A stretch of 32,515 nucleotides of DNA from Microthyrium microscopicum (taxonomy: Eukaryota): contig MU004231.1 of NCBI GenBank assembly GCA_010405405.1, forward strand, positions 4,462,689-4,495,203, given 5' to 3'. The notes beneath the pieces are model-generated. The model was given only the letters and a program-made list of their open reading frames with translations, was not told the origin of the DNA and made no database searches. Position 1 is the first letter of the stretch. Each line of letters starts with the position of its first letter. This document shows positions 23,419 to 32,515 of the stretch, piece after piece. A program made the position numbers and the translations under genes.

Positions 23419-26400
23419 AAGGTTGTCTCAACATTTGAGAAGCTTTTGTGGATTGTTGTTGTAGCATATCTGTTGGGGTAGTCAGCTTTGCTCTTGGGGG
23501 AGTAGTTGTCACCATTACTTGCATCGTTCCCTCTGTAGGCTGTCAGTACTCCTGCCGTTTGGGGCAGTGTCTGTCACGTTAGTGTAACTTCTCTCAGAGA
23601 AGTCAAAAGTTTGTTGATTTCCTAAGTAATAGAGATCTTGTGTTCCAACGACATTTCCCAGTTGAAGCGAAAGCATTGTTCTCCCATCGGCTGCGATGTC
23701 CACCATAGCATCAATAGGAAACGTCGGCATTCTGCAATTTTATGCTGTGGAGTTTGACTTCTGCTCGATAACCTTTCTTTGGGAAATACGATCAAACCTT
23801 ATCTGCCATCAAAAACGATTGCCATTATAGCAATCAATTCAGACCGCTTGTTTTGGTGCCTATCGAATGTGGCGAGAAGTCACGGTTCCAGGCTGAAAAG
23901 GCCGATTGCCGGTTCACTGACGTTCCTTGGACAGATTGAAACCACAGAGCGTCGTATTTTACATTGTCGATGATGAAATGGGCCATCGAATGCGATGAGT
24001 AGTCTACCCATCTCAAATATTCTTTGTGACTCAGGATCTAGCCGCGAGGTAATGAGGCGTTCCTGGAGAGGTTTCCTCACCATAGAACCTGCCTGCTTGA
24101 TCCTTGAATCAATCGAAATAGTGACTGAAGAGTGTGGATACGCAAGTAAAGAGGCAACATATTGAGTATCGCGTCTTTTGTTTTGCCACAATGCCTTGTA
24201 CCTTCTGACTTTTGAGCTGGTAGCTCGAGATTCAATAGGCTCGAGGATGATGGCTAACAATATGGTATCTCTGCAGATCGAGAAATCTCAGACACCCACT
24301 CTGTTGCTGTGACCCGTCAAGAGCGAGGGTCGACTGACTTGGCTCATGTTCACAGCCAAGACGGTAGGACACGGCATCTGCCAGAATGCTGCTTGGATTA
24401 TCCTGTCAGATAGCGGCGTTGTAGCCTAGACATTAACTTCTCATACATCAATGCCTGGAGTACGTGATTTTCTTGCCGTTACCCCTTGCACAGTAATGCA
24501 CGACCTTGGAACAAGACTTCCTTGGTGTATTCTGTCGTTTTTCCTGCCAATGGAAACAAGATGCTGCGAACTCAGTATGGTAAGCTCGTGTCCCCCGATA
24601 GTGTCGAGCATGATGCTTCTTCCTCTATCCTTGCATCGCAACGCAATCTGCCGGCATCATGGCCCGTCAGTGATGTTTGTCGGCAGAGCCAAGCGCCGTC
24701 TCGTCAAAGCGGACTTGTCACATCCTGAACATGCGGTGCATTTGTCAAAATTCTACATATATCGACACATTATTCATGCCCATTGCCCTTCTTTCCGCTA
24801 CCTTCACATCGACCTAATAATGCAAATTCCTCAGGCAGTTTCCGCTAGCCCCCAATTGGCAGAACGGCTGCTGGCCCCGATACGACATAGTCCTGCAGTA
24901 CAATGGCGGGCTTTGCCGGTCCGCTGCCTGGCTCTTTCGTACATCTAGACACTAGCTGTCTATTCTCATTACACTAGCGCATCATGCGAATCTTGAAGTG
25001 GTGTGGAGGGTCGTTCCTGCTGCAAAGCAAGTCTTCAATAGCCTCAGCGACTACAGTCAACAATTTGGTTTTCTCGAATTAGCCAATGTTCCTTCTAGAT
25101 GGCGTCGCGCGCCATCATCATGCAAGGAGTTACCCAGATTGGACTGTTGCTACCAGACAAAAACTAGAAACTTGTTAAGTTGCATGAGACAGTGAGCGCA
25201 AGCTTGCGCTACCGGGTGCATACATGCTGGGAGCTCTGTAGCCTTCGCATATAGCTTGTTTTCGGGGACAAGAAAAGCATGATCCTTTGAAGCTGGCGTT
25301 TCATTGATACTGACGTTCCTCCATTGTTGCGGCGGGCCAATGTAGAAAGTAAGCTGTGATGGTGCCCTGCTTTGTAGAAGAGATATCCGCAGCAGCTTAT
25401 TTAACTTTCGCGTCCCACTTTGCAGATGGTTATGTAAGGCAAGGGCGACCAGCAGATATCAATCACTGGCATTGAGTCACGAACGAGGACTTGCCATTCC
25501 AGTTGCTTCATTGCAATACTGCCTACCAGTACTGACTAACATAATTGGATGCAAATGACTCAACTAGGGGCATTTTAATATAAAGCAGTCATTGGCAAGA
25601 CGGTATTGTTCAGGCCACCCCGTTCGACTAATGTGCCTTGACGATATCTGCCAAAACTGAATATGTCAGTCCTCCCAGGACAAATGCAGTGACCGCTCAA
25701 GCAGAAGCGATGGACAGGAGAGAACAAGATCTATCCCCGAGATGTAGCTCATGTGACAATGTTAGCTGACGGGGTTGCGACTGTGAATGCGGTCGTGCTT
25801 CCATTCAGGATGCGCATATGACCACATAATCCGGTCATCAAAGTTATCTTCAGCCCGATTCAGCACTATGTTACTCCACCGCCTTGGGATGTATGTTGCC
25901 AATTGCTCAGCTCTCAAGCACTGGTGACTACTCCGCATGTTACTTCGGTTGCAAGACAGCCCACGTTCGAGCGGCACCGCGGGCGGCCGCCATAAATGAT
26001 AGAAAGGAGTACACTGCAAAGGCTTTTTACCTAACACAGCCGTATTGAATAGTTTGATGATCTTCTTGTCATACCTGCTGCTACTACAACGCACGATGGG
26101 GTGACTTGGGTATCGGTAGAAGGGTGTATTCCACTTGACTAGGTCTGTACATACAGCCCTGGAAGTAGTCGAGTACTTGAACAGCTGCAAGCTTTATTTT
26201 TGCCCGCTATAATCTACTAGTAGAGCCGCTAAGCGCACCTCAAATCGCAAGTCAATGGTCGTTTATGTGTCGGACACTATGAGGCGAGAAAGTACGGAAA
26301 GTATTTTCAACGAGGGCCATGAGGCCATGGAATATCGCTTGATATTTCCTATTACTTCTCCGTGGCACTACTCTTGCTTAGAGAAGAGCATTCCTACCTT

Positions 26401-28199
26401 CCGCAACATAATGATTTGCAATACACAGCAGCGACAAAACGTGCCTTTCATCCCCCTTGGTCGCTCCATCCCATCATGTTCCTCCTGCAGAGCTTCCTTT
26501 CTCAAGTACAAGAGTCCATCAGGAATATCGAAATAGAGGCGTCTCCAAAAAAACAGCTGATACATAGTGTCATCCTGTAGGTATATGATGATCTGACTGA
26601 AATGACGTTATCAATGCTGCTATATACTAGAAAACGACGTTCATGCTAGCAAACGCACGGTCTTCCGGTTGGAATGAGGTTATCACAGCAACAGCAGCGG
26701 TATCCCTTTCAACTGTCAAATATGAACCGGCACATGATGTCCAACTGACTTTGAGTTCCAATATGCGCCGTTTACTGAAACCTAAGCATGCTATAGGTGT
26801 TTTTGGGAGCTGACTTATGTCACAGATAATGGGCCCTGCATCCTTCGCCAGAAGTTGACATGAGCTGAGTTTAGGATGCCGCCTCTATTTCGGCCAAGCA
26901 AAGTAGAAAGCACGTGTAGGCAACATCGCACTACATCAACGATGTTCCAGTTAGTTCCTCGCGAAACGAGCACTGTGGTGGATAAAAGTACACCTGGAAG
27001 TCAAGAACGCTATTTAGTAACGTGGAATCTGTAGTGGACATGTAGGAAGCCGAAGATGACACCGTACATGTAGCAAGCGCGGAGGATGAATTTGAAAGTG
27101 TGACTTGAGTCAATCTAACTTTCACCGCGAGACGTCGTATTGACGGAAGGCTAGATTGGAGCCCAAGGAATAAGAACTGAAACCATGCCGGGTACATGGC
27201 CATTACAACAGTCGGCAGTTTCTAGATACAGCGACTATATCAGCGTAAGAATTTCACAGAGGCCGCGGTGGTGGGCCAGTACGACGGGCAGAAGTATTTG
27301 CAGGCAGGAGCGACAGAAGAGATTCCCTTCCTTTTATCAAAAGCTTTTACCTGTTCACGTCCCCCGCCCTTGAAGCCAGGAATAAAGATAACATCAGACT
27401 CAGCAAAACAAATCATAAATGCTGATAGCCAGTGACTGAGACTCGCAAATCAGAGCTCTATTTTTTACTTACAATGTATGAACTCCTTTTTCACCAAGTG
27501 TATGAACCTTCGACATTGTAGAGCTGCTCCATTCAAGAACAGTAGGCAGGTTTCTTGGCTATTCCGATGTAGGGGATCGAGAGCTAACCGTGACGCAACA
27601 GCTTGAACGTACAAAGATCCTTATGCATTTAGGGATTGGTCGTCTAGTGATACCCACGTGCGATGTGCATTCAAGAGCGTTAGTCTAGGGAAAGTAAGGC
27701 GTTGAGAAAGAAAACAACTTGGGGTCAAAGACCTAACGGAGAACCGCGGCTGCGAGCCGCGTAAGACATGATAGACTTTCTGTTGTGTCTAGTCCAAAGG
27801 ATACATGGTGAGGGTTTCCTCGTTAGCAAACGGCAGTAGTCCTACCATCACTGGCTCGAAAGTCCATCAGTACGTTGGTATGTCCTAGTGGCGAGTCCAC
27901 TACGTAGCTAACTACTTAGTCAGATAAGGTCGTGGACTTTTGCGGGACAGGGGTATCGTCATGGCTGCCATGCTTTGCTTGTAGATACAGATATTCCGTG
28001 GTCAGATTGAACAGCGCCATTATTGCGAACGACTACGATGGTACACGACCAAACAATGGCTGTTCCCGGATAGTGAGTGAATATCCACTACAGGCGATCG
28101 ACGGCATCTTACCAAACCTGGACACATTCCACATCTTTGGCGCGTTGTGTACATCTGTTTATTGCGAAACACTCGATCAATGGTTCCCCCAGCTTCGTA

Positions 28200-28436
28200 C
28201 ACTGGTTTGCGAAATGTGGTGATCTCTGACCCTCCCCCCTAGTGTCTCCAAACATGTGAATTTTGCAGAATCTAACCAATCAGGCTTTGTATAGAGAGAC
28301 GGAATCTAAACATTGGGACCTAGGCCAGAGCCTTTACCACAAAGTAATGAGCTGTTCTTGATATGATTGGTTGTATTCTGCAAAAATAAGCCTATTCGGG
28401 AGGGGGTCAGAGTTCACCACATTTCGCAAACCAGTG
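28200..28436. mobile_element. 237-bp non-autonomous DNA transposon (MITE), Tc1/mariner-like by its TA target duplication
   Basis: TA|CACTGGTTTGCGAAATGTGGTGA(T/A)CTCTGACCC ... inverted copy ending CCAGTG|TA; TIR matches 32/33. A second internal inverted pair lies at 28261-28282 and 28364-28385 (20/22). No ORF. Confidence 0.88.
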
Positions 28437-31400
28437 TACCATTGAGTGGGGGGGTGAACTTTAGTCAGATGTAAGAACCCGCCTTCCTAGAGGATGTGGC
28501 GGCCTACGAAGAAAAACTCTAGGCTAAGGGATTAACTATCTTGAAGGGGTAATTTGCAGCCATTAAGAGAGGTTGTGCATTACTTCATAGCAGTGGCACC
28601 TCTCTTGGGGGTGGCTAGTCTTTTAACGCGTGATTATTCTGGCAATCCAAAGGACTAAATCTCCCAATCCAAACTCTACGGTCACATGCCAGCTAACATG
28701 AGTGACTCACGAGACAATGACCTCGGAAATTCTAAAGAGACTTCTCTCGGCCGGGGGTGCGTGTTAGCCACGAATAGTTAAGCAAGATGGCCTATGTTGC
28801 GCGAGCAAGCCTCCAGTGAGTATCTCAAGTGGCCAACGCGTTTGCGAGATAGAAGCTGATGGGGATGAGAGAAGAGTTTTGACAAGAGCACCTGGCAAAG
28901 ACAGCCTACGCTGCTGATACTGTAGACAAAGCTCAAATTGGACGATACTTCCCTACCACGTCGCAATTTGCTGGGAGGACTTCTTGCAAAGAGGATATTT
29001 CAACATTCGGAAGAAGGGTAAGTGGTTTGAGTTCGGAAATCATTCCATTCTTCCATTCTACTGTACCTGGTGGAATAGCTATCCGGAACAAACCTCGCAC
29101 TGCTGTTCTAGATACTCTTGAGGATCTGCTCGGGCTCTGTAGGTCGATATAAGTTCAGATCAAAGATGAGATGGGCACAAAACACTGGCATATCCAAAGC
29201 CAAACACACTCAAAAGATAGCGCCTAGTAATATACCCATTTTCAGAGCAGCAGGTGGAACTGCACACGCAGGACAATAACTTTGGAGCCGAATAGATAAG
29301 ATGCCGGCAGAAAGTTCTTCGCAAATGACAAGAGCATGGACCCAAGAACACAGTCGACAACGCCTCCATGAGTTCTGATCACTCATTCCCACTGCGAACC
29401 AAACAGAAGGAGTGCAATGCCCAATGATGCGTATAAGGCGATTTGAACTGCGGAAACCTGACAAGTCTATAGGTGCCAGGGAGATTAGCTTTAGAGAGCA
29501 AGATATCGTGCGTATCATCAATGCAGTTCAGAGCCAGGTCCAATGCAAAGTGAGGCAGCATATCCAGCCGTACTTAAGCAGCACTCCGCTGCTATCACAT
29601 TATGGAAAAAGGTGCCCATGGCCATCGCAGGGGCACCATACAAAGGTAAGAATAGATTGAACTAGCGGGTGCGGTATCTAATCATTCTCCAACGGGCAAT
29701 CGACTTACGAGAAAGACGCCACAGTATGAGACGATACAACGTTAGTGCTTATGTGAAATGCACTTGACTTCGTCCCATGAAGGATTAACGCCCGACCCTG
29801 AGCACGGTAGGCCAATGGCATATCAATGAACGGCCCAACTACATAACGCGGCAGATGAAATAGGTGTTGTTTATGAGCAAGCACCACTCGTGTAAACCAC
29901 AAGCATCCAAAAAAACCATCTCGAGGCTAATGGTGGACGAGCAAGACTGACACACATATACGCAATGTATGAACCAATAACACTCAGAGCACAAGAAAGA
30001 GCAGGAGTATTCGTGCCCGGAGTCCGAGTGCCAGCCCAAGCGAGCAGGGAGGGAAAGGAATAGAATCATGTATCTCATTGCTCGCAAGGAGGCTCGTTTT
30101 AGCGTATGTGCCAGAAGAGATACATCAGTGGCCCGTCCCTTTTTTTTTCGAAATGCGTCCACAAGGAAAGCGAACATGTTGGCATTGCAGGATCATCCAA
30201 GTTCACCGTCGGTGAAACCAATCAGACATGAATAGTAGCTAGAATCCAAGGCCGTGACTAAATAAATGGCTATAAATCAACCAGTGCCGTTGATTGATCA
30301 CCAAGGACTAGTTACTGCTGATCTAGCAAGAGCTCATATAGCAGATCCTCGTACATCAAACATTCCAGACTGGTGAAACCTTGGCAAGCAATAAGCTTGA
30401 AGGCAATCGCTCGCTCTTTTCATGGCTTGGCGCCAGAGCAGCAAACCGTAGAATGAAAAACGATTCATGTCAATCGACAATGAAAGGCACAAGCGAGGCA
30501 GAAACAGTAAACAGGGAGTGACAACAAGAAGCCGGTGATGGCATTGACGAAATCTTGACACACAGGTGCTGGAATAAGTCCGGAGCGCAGGTTGAAGAAC
30601 AGCATGTCAAGCATACCAAGTCAAGAGCCAGAGAGCCAATGTTCATTCATGGACGATCGCGCAAGTCGACAAATGGATTGACCAGTGACCCGTCCAAAAA
30701 GAGCAAAGACGAACAGAATTCATGATTGGTGCGAGACGGCGAAGAGGATCCATAGTGCAATAGAAGGCGAACATCGCCGAAAATAGGCGGTATGACATCG
30801 CAAATGGCCGAGGACATGTACTACATTTTGGCATATGCGGCGAGAGAGATGCTGTGAACACATTGAGAGATTGTAAGGAGCGGCATCAAGGGGGTGTTAG
30901 AAATGGAGTTCGTAACCGGCGTGATTTGTAAGAACTTAGTACTATCTACGAAGGTCGGGTATACAGTGACGCCGTATGAGAAGGCTGTTTGTTGACACAA
31001 GACAATATTATGCAGAAGTAAAAAAGAAAATAGCCCGATTCGTAGAAGGTTCACATGAATGTCTAGCTGATAGCTGGTTGCTGGTTGATCAAAGATCATT
31101 CAGGGGATCAAGATTTCGATGTTTTGCACAAGGTTTGGCAATCGAACTCCGCCACAAGGAGGTGGCGGAATCAAAGATGGCTGCGCGCTGCGCTTCAGGC
31201 TTCAGCTTCAGCCTTCCGACCGAACCCAAGAATACGTTCAGGGACGGGCCCAGCTACCTACAGAGCAGACCAAAATCTATCGCGCGGACTGCAAACGGCT
31301 GTCTCCTGATCCAAAGGATACCTATTTCCTTAAATCGAATCTGACACCAGCCGCATCTCATGAAACTTTCCGATGTCTGGCCAAGAGGCGTCTAGCACTC

Positions 31401-31671
31401 AGAGAGCCTAGTTTATTCCTGCGAGAGCCAAAACCTACCTTCACGATATTGTGTCCCGGTTTTCAACCTCCATATATTGCGTATAAGGCGAACAAAAGAG
31501 CAACGTGTAGCCCATTTGCTCATACTGAAGTATACGCCTGTCGGACGGTGCCATACATGAATAATGTTCTCTACTGGCGTGAGAGTAGGCATATATGTCG
31601 GTAGCCAAGGACAAGATTCATATAGTGGCAAGTTCGATACTGTCCAATGGTCCTTCGAAATCTATCGCGGC

Positions 31672-32408
31672 GCCCCCGTTGCGACGTGATGCTATGACGC
31701 AGGACAAAACGCCATCAAACCGTTGCAATTTCACGCCAGTTGCGAATTCCCACCCGTCGCGACTTCACATATTCATATTCGTTACGAACTCATACACTCA
31801 CACCCCTTGTGACTTCAAAACTGCTGCGAGTCCATGGCTGTTGCGAGTTCACGCCCCTTGCGACTTTAACCCTTTACACCTTCACACCCGCCGCGACTTC
31901 ATACATCCGCCTCCGCTACGATTCGATGCCTGGTGCGAGTTCGCCTATTGTGCCTTCAAACCTTCACACCAGCCGCGAGTCCAAGCAAGTCACGATTTCA
32001 TTGACGCTGGCCGCAAATTTCACATCCACCACGATATCGCAACCCACCGCGACTTCCACACAGACCCGCCGCGATTTGACACGCATTGCGACTGGACACC
32101 CGTTGCCAGCTCAACCCCGTTGCGACATGACACGCTCATGCCCGCCGTCGCGAGTCCAGACTGTCCGCGAGTCCAGACTGTCCGCGAGTCCACAAGGTCC
32201 GCGAATTTATACCCGCCGCGAGCTCAGACCGTTCGCGAATTTTTAGACGAGGACTTCGTACATCCACACACGCTGCGAATTCATGGCCGTTGTAACTTCA
32301 CGCCCGTCGCGACTTTCATTCGCATTTGCCGTGACTTCACTTTCAACGAGATTTCAAAACCCATTGCGACTTGCACACCGTAACGACTTGCACACCGTAA
32401 CGACTTAA
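31672..32408 (+). repeat. Telomere-associated degenerate minisatellite, about 17-bp unit (consensus approx. ACCCGTYGCGAVTTCAC)
   Basis: A GCGA core recurs at about 17-bp spacing. Near-exact runs: CGCGAGTCCAGACTGTC x2 plus a third variant (32149-32199), and CGACTTGCACACCGTAA x2 (32367-32400). Confidence 0.85.
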
Positions 32409-32421
32409 CAGGCAATTCCAG

Positions 32422-32515
32422 TTAGGGTTAGGGTTAGGGTTAGGGTTAGGGTTAGGGTTAGGGTTAGGGTTAGGGTTAGGGTTAGGGTTAGGGTTAGGGT
32501 TAGGGTTAGGGTTAG
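32422..32515 (+). repeat. Telomere (TTAGGG)n, right chromosome end
   Basis: 15 perfect TTAGGG units plus TTAG run to the end of the window, with the G-rich strand 5'->3' toward the end. Confidence 0.99.

Noticed and set aside
25195..25210. Perfect 16-bp palindrome AGCGCAAGCTTGCGCT
   Set aside because: An 8-bp-arm palindrome is expected about 0.5 times by chance in 32 kb, and there is no supporting context.
27916..28470. 10-bp direct repeat TTAGTCAGAT (27916 and 28461) as a target duplication of a larger element
   Set aside because: No terminal inverted repeats lie inside the pair; plausible by chance.
28445..28690. G-tract followed by TGTAAGAACCC, resembling a polypurine tract plus LTR start
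   Set aside because: The tract is not adjacent to the TGT, and there is no matching LTR end, second LTR or gag/pol remnant.
29940..30060. HSEHKKEQEYSCPESEC zinc-finger-like fragment
   Set aside because: The frame has stops just upstream and lacks the downstream His pair; too short to call.
31119..31604. QEYVQGRA resembling helicase motif VI of a telomere-linked RecQ helicase
   Set aside because: The motif is incomplete, and no Walker A, DEAH or motif V was found nearby.
31595..32383. 262-aa and 168-aa ORFs next to the telomere
   Set aside because: They overlap the 17-bp minisatellite; stop-poor repeat DNA explains the open frames and the repetitive translations.
31672..32408. CRISPR-like interpretation of the repeat array
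   Set aside because: Eukaryotic context, no constant 23-47-bp repeat with unique spacers, and no cas genes.

Overview
Filamentous ascomycete chromosome end. The genes carry short GT-AG introns with CTAAC-type branch sites, and the window ends in (TTAGGG)n. From left to right: a GPI-anchored cupredoxin; LEU1, with Leu3/LeuB-type CCG-N4/5-CGG sites upstream; a hydantoinase/oxoprolinase-DUF917 fusion; a HET-domain gene; an amidase; four orphan genes (a divergent GIY-YIG-like nuclease, two coiled-coil proteins, and a Ser/Pro-rich protein with a Cys cluster); about 8 kb of gene-poor DNA containing a 237-bp TA-flanked MITE; a degenerate 17-bp CpG-rich minisatellite; and the telomere. Three observations stand out. 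(1) The otherwise intact HET gene has a UAG across a splice junction exactly at the conserved Trp of RPWFxRxW, which could be an A-to-I editing/readthrough switch or a null allele. (2) The GIY-YIG-like gene has an insertion of about 110 aa between its GIY and YIG motifs and heads the orphan subtelomeric block. (3) Both neighbours of the HET gene seem to lack an ATG start. All calls come from reading motifs by eye; no database searches were run.
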